A stretch of DNA of 64,000 bases, from NCBI GenBank assembly GCA_964391505.1, contig CAYMMG010000002.1:38455-102454 (forward strand), in the 5' to 3' direction. A model generated the notes under the pieces. The model did no database searches, had not been told where the DNA came from, and was given only the letters and a program-made list of their open reading frames with translations. Positions 45,252 to 54,906 of this stretch are shown here, piece by piece. Position numbers and translations under genes: made by a program. Within the stretch, counting starts at the first letter, position 1. Every line of letters starts with the position of its first letter. The DNA is from an uncultured Burkholderiales bacterium. GTDB lineage: Bacteria > Actinomycetota > Acidimicrobiia > IMCC26256 > JAGPDB01.

Positions 45252-45968
45252 ATGTTTGAACGTTTTACCGAAAGAGCCCGCGTCGTCATAGTTCTTGCGC
45301 AAGAAGAAGCCCGCCTGTTGAACCACAATTACATTGGCACAGAGCACATCTTGCTCGGTCTCATTCGCGAGGGACAAGGTGTTGGCACCAAAGCGCTTGA
45401 GTCTTTAGGTATCTCAATTGAAGCAGTTCGTGGAGAAATAGAAGAAACTATCGGTAAAGGTGACTCTGTGAATATTGGGCATTTTCCCTTCACGCCTCGA
45501 GCCAAGATAGCTTTAGAAAAAGCGTTGCGAGCACTCCTAAATGACACAAGTCATAGAAACTATGTCGATACAGAACATATTCTTATGGGAATCATTGAGC
45601 TTGATGAAGGAACCGCCAAAAATGTATTGGGAAAACTTGGATTAGTCTTCAACGACTTGGCAATTGCTCCTGGCGTCAAAATAACGGTCGACCAGCTTCG
45701 TCAGTACGCAATGCACCCTCCATTAGAACCTTTCCTTGCTGAAGCAAAATCTGAAATCGAACGTGTTATCACATCTTTTTCAGATCAACTTGCAACTGTT
45801 CGAAACGAGAAAGAGCTGGGACCTTGCATTATGGAACTTCGTGGAGATCTTGCAGCTATACACCAAACAATCGTGGCACATAGACGTAATATTTGGTCAA
45901 CAAATGCCAATCAACCCCCCACTCCACAAGAACCACCAGCTGCAGGAGTAGGTCTCGCGGACCACTAG
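45252..45968 (+). CDS. stand-alone Clp_N domain protein 2 (closest to the ClpC N-terminus), with about 100-aa unknown C-terminal region
   Basis: '[65 protein letters not shown]' versus ClpC '[65 protein letters not shown]'. Confidence 0.9.
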   Translation: MFERFTERARVVIVLAQEEARLLNHNYIGTEHILLGLIREGQGVGTKALESLGISIEAVRGEIEETIGKGDSVNIGHFPFTPRAKIALEKALRALLNDTSHRNYVDTEHILMGIIELDEGTAKNVLGKLGLVFNDLAIAPGVKITVDQLRQYAMHPPLEPFLAEAKSEIERVITSFSDQLATVRNEKELGPCIMELRGDLAAIHQTIVAHRRNIWSTNANQPPTPQEPPAAGVGLADH

Positions 45969-45999
45969 TTGAAACCATTCTCACATCAAAGGACTGCCC

Positions 46000-46539
46000 A
46001 TGTTTGAAAGGTTCACGGAAGATGCCCGGCGTGCAGTGGTGTCCGCACACTTCGCCGCACAGTGTTTAGGAGATAAAAGTATCGGGACAGAACATCTCCT
46101 TCTGGGTATAGTAATTAACCAAAGCGGTATTTCTTCTCGTGTATTAGACGACAAGAATATTTCCTTTGACGCCGTGTACGAACAGCTCAAAGAGCTCAGA
46201 GGCGGACAGCTACATCCTTCACCAGATCGACCGATCTCTCCTGATGACTTACGGCACCACATGGACCCAGACCAAAAAACAAGTAACCGTCCCTCTCACG
46301 AACATATTCCTTTTAGTCGCACCCTCAAAGATGCTCTCAGTGCCGCCTTACCGAAGGCCATCGAATTGCACGATAACTTTATAGATCTAGAACACCTTCT
46401 TCTTGTTCTCGCAGACTCCCCTGAATGCAGGGCAAAAGAAATCTTTACTCGATTAGGAACTTCTGCTCCTGAGATTCGAACCGGACTTTTGCTCGCACTT
46501 CCTGCGCGTGAAAGCGCCCATCCTCCCCTTTCCTTGTAG
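46000..46539 (+). CDS. stand-alone Clp_N domain protein 3 (diverged, long inter-repeat linker)
   Basis: 'MFERFTEDARRAVVSAHFAAQCLGDKSIGTEHLLLGIV' and a second repeat 'FIDLEHLLLVLADSPECRAKEIFTRLG'. Confidence 0.8.
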   Translation: MFERFTEDARRAVVSAHFAAQCLGDKSIGTEHLLLGIVINQSGISSRVLDDKNISFDAVYEQLKELRGGQLHPSPDRPISPDDLRHHMDPDQKTSNRPSHEHIPFSRTLKDALSAALPKAIELHDNFIDLEHLLLVLADSPECRAKEIFTRLGTSAPEIRTGLLLALPARESAHPPLSL

Positions 46540-46645
46540 GAAAAGGAGACTGCGAAATCAACGTCGCATAGTGTCTAAGATTAAAATCTTGCGTCCAAGA
46601 TGTCTTTTATCGTATGATTTATAACTTCGACGTTCAAAGGAATGA

Positions 46646-47182
46646 ATGATGACAACACTTTCTCCACGATACCTCCGCGGAAACACTCCTTTACCACCAG
46701 GTATGGAACATTATGCTACAAATGCAGTGCGTGCAATTGTCTTCGCGAATAGTGCAGCTCGTCAGAACAGATCCTCTGTCATTTCATCCAAACACCTTTT
46801 GATCGGCATCTTACAACTGCCTCATAGCGCGGCACGCGATTCTTTGGCACAGCTCGGTGTTTCCATTGAAGATCTGCAAACCGAAATTGAAGTCGGACTT
46901 GATCCACTTTCGCACGGGGCAGAAAGATTTATCCCTTTCACAGAAAACGCAAGAAGGGTTCTCGATCAAGCCGAGGAGTCTCTTGAATCAGAAAGAACAC
47001 ATCTCGATGTAGGGCATCTCCTCCAAGCGATCGTCGACATCCCTGAATGCAGCGCAGCCAAAACTCTCGCCCGATACGGTGTCACATCCAGCAATCTGCA
47101 ACCACAAGTTTCAGGTTTTCGTAGCGACCGTGTAGCTCGGTACTCTCCTTCGCGACCGGGCCCCGACCTCTCTTCGCGATAA
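46646..47182 (+). CDS. stand-alone Clp_N domain protein 4 (most diverged)
   Basis: 'VISSKHLLIGILQLPHSAARDSLAQLGVSIEDL' and 'HLDVGHLLQAIVDIPECSAAKTLARYG'. Confidence 0.7.
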   Translation: MMTTLSPRYLRGNTPLPPGMEHYATNAVRAIVFANSAARQNRSSVISSKHLLIGILQLPHSAARDSLAQLGVSIEDLQTEIEVGLDPLSHGAERFIPFTENARRVLDQAEESLESERTHLDVGHLLQAIVDIPECSAAKTLARYGVTSSNLQPQVSGFRSDRVARYSPSRPGPDLSSR

Positions 47183-47288
47183 AAGTCGCACAAACGCTAT
47201 TTAGATCGGCGAGTAGCTCGTCGAAAACCTCTGGATAGAAACCTATTTTCAACGATCACATCGACCCGTTCTAGGATCGACCCTCCTC

Positions 47289-48194
47289 TTGGGAACACTT
47301 GCATCCTGGGGAGCTTTTGATGTTGCCGTCGCAGTCGCAGGAATGGGTGCAACATCAACTTTATGGCTATCGATTTTCTCGGCTCTCATTTTTGGCGGTA
47401 TTGCGTACCTACGGAGAGAGAAAGTCACACAAACACAAGTGCGATTTATTTTTCCTCGTGCGTGTGCGCGCGTTGCCAGTTTATGTTTCATGCTCGCGTC
47501 ACTCAGCATGTTTCCCGTGGGCGTTGTCATCACCATCTCAGCAGCTTCATCATTTATTGAATTAAGCATCTTCGCACGAAAGCGTAATGAAGATGTGCGA
47601 ACCCTCACTTACCTTTTTTCTGCCGTGGGAATGTTCGGAATCTTTCTCGTCTCTCGCGAACAATCGGCAGGAGCATTCTTCTCATTCGATATCGAACTTT
47701 TGATCCCAATCTGTGGAACTCTCATCAGCGCTTACTCGAAGCTTCTCTGGAGAGATTCCGCACACACAATGCATCCGATTCATAATCTTGCAATTCTTCA
47801 TACATGGACAGCCATCTTGAGTGTTCCTGTTATCCTCATCCTGTCATTACTAACACCGACTCAAATTCTTCCCACAAGCAACATTGTCGCGCTCACTTGC
47901 ATCGTTGTTTTTGCCGGTATTGGCGACGTCCTGTTTTTACGATCCCAACTTCACACTACGATCACCATCAATGCAATTTTCTCACCTTGTACGCCCGTTT
48001 TCGCTTCGCTCTTTGCGCTCGTGGTTATGCACCAACATTTAGCCTGGTGGCAATGGACTGGTCTTTTTATCGTCGTAAGCAGCGTTTCGCTCTCGACGAT
48101 AACGGCTCAACGTAAACGCCCCGTTACGGCTCTGCAGCCCTATTTTCCAAACGAAGTAGTCCCTCTCGAAGAACAAAAACTGGGAATTGCTTAA
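47289..48194 (+). CDS. DMT/EamA-like permease (paralogue 1)
   Basis: About 10 hydrophobic segments, two-fold internal layout, 'SWGAFDV' near the N-terminus. Tentative family call. Confidence 0.5.
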   Translation: MGTLASWGAFDVAVAVAGMGATSTLWLSIFSALIFGGIAYLRREKVTQTQVRFIFPRACARVASLCFMLASLSMFPVGVVITISAASSFIELSIFARKRNEDVRTLTYLFSAVGMFGIFLVSREQSAGAFFSFDIELLIPICGTLISAYSKLLWRDSAHTMHPIHNLAILHTWTAILSVPVILILSLLTPTQILPTSNIVALTCIVVFAGIGDVLFLRSQLHTTITINAIFSPCTPVFASLFALVVMHQHLAWWQWTGLFIVVSSVSLSTITAQRKRPVTALQPYFPNEVVPLEEQKLGIA

Positions 48195-48287
48195 TTTCTT
48201 TGCGAATAACTCGCATCAGATGTCACCCCGGGCCCTTACTATCTTTTTTGTAGCCCGAAACCCTGCCATCGGCTGACTTTTTCACCT

Positions 48288-49256
48288 ATGAATACGCGAC
48301 GGGGAATTGCAGGCCTTACTTTGGCCTATATTTCATGGTCGCTGTGTAATACACTGACTGCTCAGGCACGCTTTGGCGCTGGGAGTCTTCTCTTTGTTGC
48401 TGTTCTTCTAGCCATCGTTTTGCATGTGTACTGTAGGCATCGCGGCATTGAATTGACGTTCGAAGAATCGAAAAAACTTCTCCCCTATGCTGCCATGCGC
48501 GCAATTTCTTTGAGCCTTTTATGCATTAGCTATCTGTACATCAAGGTAGGAATTGTCGAAACTATTATTTCATGCAATGTATTCTTCACTATAGGAGTAC
48601 TCGCTCCTCTCAATGGTGAAAAAGTACGTCGCGCAATTTTTATTCCTCTCATTTTTGCTATCGGAGGAATCGCGCTGATCTGCGGAGTCTTCAATCAGCA
48701 ATTCAGCCTTCTCGATTTTCATATCATTCTTCCGTTTATCACGATGTTCTGCTTGGGAATATCGGTTGTGATGTGGCGTCGATCCACACAACATGTCTCG
48801 CCGGTTAAGAACTTGACATACATGCACACATATACCGCATTGTTTACATTACCTATTGTGGGAGCACTTATTCTCTTTACTGATACTCAAAAGTCTTTTA
48901 TTCCAAGTTTCCATCAACTACTTCCTCTACTGTTATGTGCCGTCGCATCACTCATAGGTGACAAAATATATACGACAGTTCAGAAACACACCACGATTAC
49001 ACTCAACAGTCTTTTTGGGCCAACAGGTGCAGTGTTCAGTAGTTTTTTTGGATGGACTCTCAACCACGACGTATTGACAACCAATCAAATCACTGGAATT
49101 GTTCTTGTCGTTGCAAGTGTCTTGGTCGCAAACTACATTCACGTAACGGCACCTAAGCTTGAGAAAGAAATTGATACTCCGCCATCAGTCTTCGCAGATG
49201 ACATCCCTCGGGCCTACGAGGTAGTGCCGCCGCTTTCTAAGTTGGAAGTAGCGTAA
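48288..49256 (+). CDS. DMT/EamA-like permease (paralogue 2)
   Basis: Same architecture as the previous gene ('HTWTAILSVPVILIL' versus 'HTYTALFTLPIVGAL'). Confidence 0.5.
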   Translation: MNTRRGIAGLTLAYISWSLCNTLTAQARFGAGSLLFVAVLLAIVLHVYCRHRGIELTFEESKKLLPYAAMRAISLSLLCISYLYIKVGIVETIISCNVFFTIGVLAPLNGEKVRRAIFIPLIFAIGGIALICGVFNQQFSLLDFHIILPFITMFCLGISVVMWRRSTQHVSPVKNLTYMHTYTALFTLPIVGALILFTDTQKSFIPSFHQLLPLLLCAVASLIGDKIYTTVQKHTTITLNSLFGPTGAVFSSFFGWTLNHDVLTTNQITGIVLVVASVLVANYIHVTAPKLEKEIDTPPSVFADDIPRAYEVVPPLSKLEVA

Positions 49257-49258
49257 AA

Positions 49259-50746
49259 CTATTCGTCAGCCTCATCAGCATAAACATCTTTTGCAACACT
49301 TATTCCCACAGTTGCAGCACCCCACTCCTCTGAACATCGACGCAATGCGGAAGCTATGTGACGCGCAAGAGAAGGGCCCGGAGGAATATCGTCAGCAAGT
49401 GAGAAATCGAGGATCCCATAGTTAGTTCCGGGGTAAGCTGTCACTGACCCAAAAGGGTCCAAGTTCGTTTGCTCTTCCGTGCGCACGACAGCTTCGGTAA
49501 ACCGATTCAAGTCAGCATCGCCTTCCAAGTGGTCTTCCCCATCATCGCGATACCGAGTAAATAGTTCCATGGTTTTCGTTTCATCAAAACTTCCCGCTTG
49601 ATAGACCCTCACCTTTGCCCAGGGAACAGTGTCTCCCGCAGCTTGAATCGCATCTTCGAGCGTTTCTATAAAATCATCATGAAGATCTTCAACTAAACCT
49701 GACACTGCTAAATCTTGAAGAACTTCGAATGGAAAATCAGGAAGAGCATTGGAGACGTAACCAAGTCCATCGCCAATTCGTGTGTTGAGTTCATTAATTA
49801 CATAACCATTGCGACCCGCAATACCGTCACAGCAAAATGCACCGCGATAGTCATAATCTCGTCGGAGTGCCTCTCCTACTTGCCGAGCAATCGAACGCAT
49901 CTCGACACGCAACTCAATTGAGGGTTGCCAATAAGTATTTGTACCAGCAAACCAAAATTTTCCATGCTCACCTCGAAGGACAAGTAGTTCAACCGGACGA
50001 AAAACAGCGACTCCATCTGCAAGAACAAACCCATGGATCGAGCACGGGCGTCCTTCCACAAATTCGGCTATGCGCACACTCTCGCACGCACTTGAAAACT
50101 TACGAACGAAATGACCAATGTCTTCAGGTTCAGCATTCGGGCGTAACCAGCGAACCATATTCCCTCGCGAGTTCAATCCCAAAGTATTGTCGCCTGACCA
50201 CACTGTTCCGTCGCCACTGTTAATAAGTTCAGATGCCTGCGTCATTGCGTCGCGTGTGGCATCGACAACTGTTGAACGAGGAGCTGGGATGGAATGTTGG
50301 GCAAAGAAACCATCAATGAAAGTTTTGTCTTCAAGTTGGATCCAGTCTTGTCTACGACATGCATCGATACGACGACCAAAGGCATTCGTTGCGGTACGGA
50401 AACGGAATACTGTAAAAAATGCTTTACCTTCAGGATCAAACTGCTCAAGTGCATCTTTAATTTCTGGCGTTGGGTTTTCAAAGAGTTCATTCCAGCCATC
50501 TTCATATGTATAGTTTTCTGGATTAATTGCGAGATCGACTTCAATTTGTGTCACATCATCGCCAAGATCGACTTCTGCGTTAAGCATGGTGCGAAGAGTT
50601 ATAGCCAGAAAAGGTCCAGCACCCAAGGTGCGTAATTGTGCAATTTTTGCTTCGAAAGAAGATGCGCCGTCACCAGTAAAAATGAATTTCCGTCCCTGAA
50701 CACGTTCTCGCACATAATCACGGATGTCGTCTAGCGAACCAGTCAC
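49259..50746 (-). CDS. ATP-grasp-like protein of unknown substrate (495 aa)
   Basis: 'VRIAEFVEGRPCSIHGFVLADGVAVFRPVELLVLRG...DYRGAFCCDGIAGRNGYVINELNTRIGDG' resembles the C-terminal half of ATP-grasp ligases (E-x-N-x-R). Confidence 0.4.
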   Translation of the reverse strand: MTGSLDDIRDYVRERVQGRKFIFTGDGASSFEAKIAQLRTLGAGPFLAITLRTMLNAEVDLGDDVTQIEVDLAINPENYTYEDGWNELFENPTPEIKDALEQFDPEGKAFFTVFRFRTATNAFGRRIDACRRQDWIQLEDKTFIDGFFAQHSIPAPRSTVVDATRDAMTQASELINSGDGTVWSGDNTLGLNSRGNMVRWLRPNAEPEDIGHFVRKFSSACESVRIAEFVEGRPCSIHGFVLADGVAVFRPVELLVLRGEHGKFWFAGTNTYWQPSIELRVEMRSIARQVGEALRRDYDYRGAFCCDGIAGRNGYVINELNTRIGDGLGYVSNALPDFPFEVLQDLAVSGLVEDLHDDFIETLEDAIQAAGDTVPWAKVRVYQAGSFDETKTMELFTRYRDDGEDHLEGDADLNRFTEAVVRTEEQTNLDPFGSVTAYPGTNYGILDFSLADDIPPGPSLARHIASALRRCSEEWGAATVGISVAKDVYADEADE

Positions 50747-50767
50747 GGGAACTCCTTACCTTACCTT

Positions 50768-50808
50768 TTTGCAGGGCCCGGCCTTGCAACAGGGCCGGGC
50801 CCTGCAAA
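50768..50808. repeat. GC-rich perfect palindrome (16-bp arms)
   Basis: 'TTTGCAGGGCCCGGCC-TTGCAACAG-GGCCGGGCCCTGCAAA'. Contains the 21-nt unit TTGCAGGGCCCGGCCTTGCAA, also found inverted at 55675..55695. Confidence 0.8.
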
Positions 50809-50937
50809 TACTTACCTTCCACAGCCAGGGTCCCATCCAGGAAAGGCTATTGTCCGTTTCTATAAATAGTCTCGGAAAAGGAACAATATACCTTAACAGT
50901 TGATGTCTTGAGAATTCCTCTCTAGGCGTGTAGAGCA

Positions 50938-51069
50938 TTAGTAAGAGTCGGCAAATGCCACGAGAGGGCTCGCGTGATGTTCCACCACCGCTAATTTATA
51001 ACCACTTTCTGAAAGCGGAGGCGGAGGAAACGCTTCGTCATCGACAAAAGCGTCCTCCCATTTGTCCAT
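50938..51069 (-). CDS. possible 43-codon ORF 5 nt downstream of clpC (speculative)
   Basis: ATG at 51069. 'MDKWEDAFVDDEAFPPPPLSESGYKLAVVEHHASPLVAFADSY'. Below the track's length cut-off; no RBS evaluated. Confidence 0.25.
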   Translation of the reverse strand: MDKWEDAFVDDEAFPPPPLSESGYKLAVVEHHASPLVAFADSY

Positions 51070-51074
51070 AAGCT

Positions 51075-53708
51075 TTATTCAGCAGCGGGAGCGGCAGCAG
51101 CGCCAGGATTCTTCTTAGGTGTGGTTTTCACGGCACCGGAAATTCCAGCAACACCGGGGTCACTGGACTCGCTAGCCTCACCACTCACGACGTCTTCAAC
51201 CTTGGAGATAGTTGGCATGCCTTTGAAGGTGACTTCTTTTTCACCCGAGACAGGGTTGCCATCTTCACCGAGCTTGTCTACAACATCGACAAGAACAGTT
51301 TCACCTGCGTGGAATTCCTTGTTCAGAATCTTCTCCGACAATGGATTCTCGATTCGACGCTGAATTTCACGACGGAGTGGACGCGCACCCATGGTTGGGT
51401 CATAACCCTTTTCGGCAATATAGAACTTGGCTTCTTGCGTGAGTTCCAAGCCAATTCCTTGGCTCATGAGTTGTACACGAGAACGATCAATGAACAAGTC
51501 GACAATTTCTGTCACTTCTTCACGAGTCAGCTCAGCGAACACAATCACTTCATCGACACGGTTCAAGAATTCAGGACGGAAGTGGCCCTTGAGCGCTTCC
51601 ATTGCCTTATCTTTCATCTTTTCATACGAATAACCTGAAGCAGAAGAACCGAAACCCACATTGGATTTGCGCAGGTCTGCAGTACCCAAGTTCGATGTCA
51701 TGATGATGACAGTGTTCTTAAAGTCAACTGTTCGACCCTGTGCGTCGGTGAGGTGTCCGTCTTCGAGCACTTGCAAGAATGTATTGAATACCTGCGGGTG
51801 AGCTTTTTCGATTTCATCAAGCAACACGACAGAAAATGGCTTACGACGAACAGCTTCGGTCAACTGACCACCTTCATCGTATCCCACGAATCCTGGAGGC
51901 GAACCGAAGAGTCGAGAAACTGTGTGTTGGTCCATATATTCAGACATGTCGAGCTGGATCATTGCATCTTGATCACCAAACAAAAACTCGGCAAGAGTTT
52001 TTGCGAGTTCGGTTTTACCCACACCCGATGGTCCTAAGAATATAAAGCTTGCGCTGGGGCGCTTCGGATCTTTAATCCCTGCACGCGTACGGCGCATAGC
52101 CTGACTAACAGCTTTGACTGCTTCATTCTGGCCAATAATGCGGTGGTGAAGCTCTTCTTCCATGCGCAAAAGCTTCGCAGTTTCTTCTTCGGTCAACTTG
52201 TACACAGGTATACCTGTCCACATCGCGAGAATTTCTGCAATCGATTCTTCGGTGACTTCATTGAAAAGATCTACGCCCTGTGCCTTCCACTGGACTTCCT
52301 TTTCTTTCATGTCTGCAAGAAGTTCTTTTTCGCGATCACGCATTTGAGCAGCACGTTCGAACTGTTGCGATTCAATCGCTTGTTCTTTCTCTGTACGCAC
52401 GGTTGTGATTTCGTCTTCGAGTTCTTTGTAATCTGCAGGAGTTTGCATACGATGAATGCGTAAACGTGAACCAGCTTCATCAATGAGGTCGATTGCCTTA
52501 TCGGGAAGGAAGCGATCGGAAATGTATCGGTCGGCTAAGTTTGCTGCAGCCACAATTGCTTGATCGGTAATGGTGACCTTGTGGTGAGTTTCGTATCGAT
52601 CGCGAAGACCTTTGAGAATTTCAATCGTCTGAGCAACGGTAGGTTCTTCAACCTTAACTGGTTGAAAACGACGCTCTAAAGCTGGGTCTTTTTCGATATT
52701 CTTTCGGTATTCGTCAAGAGTGGTTGCACCAATAGTTTGCAATTCACCACGAGCCAACATCGGCTTAAGGATACTTGCAGCATCGATGGCGCCTTCAGCA
52801 GCACCCGCACCAACAAGAGTGTGCATTTCATCGATGAACAAAATGATGTCACCGCGTGTTTTAATTTCTTTCAGAACTTTCTTCAGACGTTCTTCAAAGT
52901 CACCTCGGTATCTCGAACCTGCGACTAATGCTCCGAGGTCAAGTGTGTAGAGTTGCTTACCTTCAAGAGTTTCAGGAACATCATTCGACACAATTTTTTG
53001 CGCGAGGCCTTCTACAACTGCGGTCTTACCAACACCAGGTTCTCCAACGAGGACAGGGTTGTTCTTTGTGCGACGTGACAAAACTTGCATCACGCGCTCG
53101 ATTTCTTGTGCGCGGCCAATAACAGGGTCGAGTTGTTTTTCGCGAGCCAGTTGTGTGAGATTGCGACCAAACTGATCGAGCACCATCGAACCAGCAGCAT
53201 TACCTTGTTCTTCGCGTCCACCGATTCCAGCAGGAGCTTCGCGTCCACCCGAAGATGCAGTACCGCCTTGGCCATACCCAGAAAGAAGTTGAATGACTTG
53301 TTGACGCACGCGAGAAAGATCTGCGCCGAGCTTTACGAGTACTTGTGCAGCCACTCCTTCACCTTCACGAATGAGCCCAAGCAAAATGTGTTCTGTACCG
53401 ATGTAGTTGTGTCCGAGTTGAAGAGCTTCACGGAGCGAAAGTTCGAGTACCTTCTTGGCACGAGGGGTAAAGGGGATATGGCCGCTTGGAGCGGCTCCAC
53501 CTTGACCAATAATTTCTTCGACTTGCCCACGCACAGCGTCGAGCGAAATGCCCAATGACTCGAGTGCCTTGGCTGCAACTCCTTCACCCTCGTGGATGAG
53601 GCCTAAGAGGATGTGCTCAGTGCCAATGTAATTGTGGTTTAAGAGACGCGCTTCTTCTTGTGCAAGGACAACGACGCGACGGGCTCTGTCGGTAAAGCGC
53701 TCAAACAT
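51075..53708 (-). CDS. clpC: ATP-dependent Clp protease ATPase subunit ClpC (ClpC1 type)
   Basis: Clp_N repeats, two AAA+ modules ('GEPGVGKTA', 'GPSGVGKTE'), UVR-like linker; 877 aa. Confidence 0.95.
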   Translation of the reverse strand: MFERFTDRARRVVVLAQEEARLLNHNYIGTEHILLGLIHEGEGVAAKALESLGISLDAVRGQVEEIIGQGGAAPSGHIPFTPRAKKVLELSLREALQLGHNYIGTEHILLGLIREGEGVAAQVLVKLGADLSRVRQQVIQLLSGYGQGGTASSGGREAPAGIGGREEQGNAAGSMVLDQFGRNLTQLAREKQLDPVIGRAQEIERVMQVLSRRTKNNPVLVGEPGVGKTAVVEGLAQKIVSNDVPETLEGKQLYTLDLGALVAGSRYRGDFEERLKKVLKEIKTRGDIILFIDEMHTLVGAGAAEGAIDAASILKPMLARGELQTIGATTLDEYRKNIEKDPALERRFQPVKVEEPTVAQTIEILKGLRDRYETHHKVTITDQAIVAAANLADRYISDRFLPDKAIDLIDEAGSRLRIHRMQTPADYKELEDEITTVRTEKEQAIESQQFERAAQMRDREKELLADMKEKEVQWKAQGVDLFNEVTEESIAEILAMWTGIPVYKLTEEETAKLLRMEEELHHRIIGQNEAVKAVSQAMRRTRAGIKDPKRPSASFIFLGPSGVGKTELAKTLAEFLFGDQDAMIQLDMSEYMDQHTVSRLFGSPPGFVGYDEGGQLTEAVRRKPFSVVLLDEIEKAHPQVFNTFLQVLEDGHLTDAQGRTVDFKNTVIIMTSNLGTADLRKSNVGFGSSASGYSYEKMKDKAMEALKGHFRPEFLNRVDEVIVFAELTREEVTEIVDLFIDRSRVQLMSQGIGLELTQEAKFYIAEKGYDPTMGARPLRREIQRRIENPLSEKILNKEFHAGETVLVDVVDKLGEDGNPVSGEKEVTFKGMPTISKVEDVVSGEASESSDPGVAGISGAVKTTPKKNPGAAAAPAAE

Positions 53709-53896
53709 GTGGGGTCCTTTTCGTCTAGCGAGAGAAGCTTCTTTGTATAAAGAAACGACTTTCAGGTTTTGAAGATCTTAGTTGTTAATTTCGTCGTCAA
53801 TTGGGGCGATCTGAAGATAGTAACACCCTACGTGACCAACCTATTCCAACGTCAATCATGCAAGAGCGCTGGGCGATTTATCTGTTTTAGTCGTGA

Positions 53897-54904
53897 ATGC
53901 GACAGTCACATAACTTCCGGCATAACCTTGAAGAAGTGAAACCGACTGATCTTAATCTTGCTCCTCTCGAAGGCGACCTCAATCGTTTCGAAGAAATATT
54001 GGAGAAAAATGTTCAAAGCGACTTACCTCTTATGCGCGATGCCGCTCGTCATGTCGTTCTTGCTGGCGGAAAACGATTGCGTCCAGCGCTGAGCATTGCG
54101 TGTGCTTACGGCGTGAATGGATTAGAACCCACAACTGACGACGTTCTCAAAGGCGCCTGTGCAATCGAGTTAGTTCATGCGGGAAGTTTGCATCATGATG
54201 ATGTCATCGACAACGCAACGACGCGTCGTGCAATTCCGAGCGTCAATGTGCAGTTTACTAATACAGTCGCAATCCTCTCTGGTGATTATTTATTGAGTCA
54301 AGCTTCTATGTTGGCAGCTTCCCTTGGTGCTGATGTCAGCGCTCTCTTAGCTGAAACAATTTCACAACTCGCAATTGGCCAGATCATCGAACAGCAAAAT
54401 CTTTTTGATGCCCGCCGTACACGTGAACAATACTTGGTAGCTATCGAAGGAAAAACTGCATCTCTTTTTGCTTCAGCATGCAAAATTGGTGCCATGGTTG
54501 CAGGCGCTGAACCAGAAACTGTTGAAGCACTTCATAACTATGGCTACAACATTGGAATGACATTCCAAATCATCGACGACTTATTAGATCTCACTGCCGA
54601 TGAAGAAGTACTCGGCAAACCATCCGGGCACGACGTAACCGAAGGCGTGTATACCCTTCCCATTATTTTTGCAGCCAACAACGATGCGCGCGTGAAAGAA
54701 GTTTTGGGAGACCATCTGACCGCCGCAGAACTCGACGAAGTTCTTGTAATTGCGCGCGAGCCCCGATTTATTGATCAAACCTTCTCCATTGCACGCGATT
54801 ATGGACTGCGCGCTGCAGAATCTCTCGCCTATGCCAAAATCAATTCTGATGTGCGCGATTCATTTACACGTGTGATTGATGGGCTATTAACCCGCACTTT
54901 CTGA
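53897..54904 (+). CDS. polyprenyl diphosphate synthase (trans-IPPS)
   Basis: FARM 'LHHDDVID', SARM 'FQIIDDLLD'. Confidence 0.85.
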   Translation: MRQSHNFRHNLEEVKPTDLNLAPLEGDLNRFEEILEKNVQSDLPLMRDAARHVVLAGGKRLRPALSIACAYGVNGLEPTTDDVLKGACAIELVHAGSLHHDDVIDNATTRRAIPSVNVQFTNTVAILSGDYLLSQASMLAASLGADVSALLAETISQLAIGQIIEQQNLFDARRTREQYLVAIEGKTASLFASACKIGAMVAGAEPETVEALHNYGYNIGMTFQIIDDLLDLTADEEVLGKPSGHDVTEGVYTLPIIFAANNDARVKEVLGDHLTAAELDEVLVIAREPRFIDQTFSIARDYGLRAAESLAYAKINSDVRDSFTRVIDGLLTRTF

Positions 54905-54906
54905 TT

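Noticed and set aside
47249-47608. 119-aa minus-strand ORF opposite the first DMT permease
   Set aside because: The + strand shows a consistent TM-helix periodicity and a paralogue next door. The antisense product is Arg/Thr-rich noise.
51121-53558. Multiple + strand ORFs (60-157 aa) antisense to clpC
   Set aside because: Embedded in the 877-aa ClpC frame. No motifs, no independent signals.
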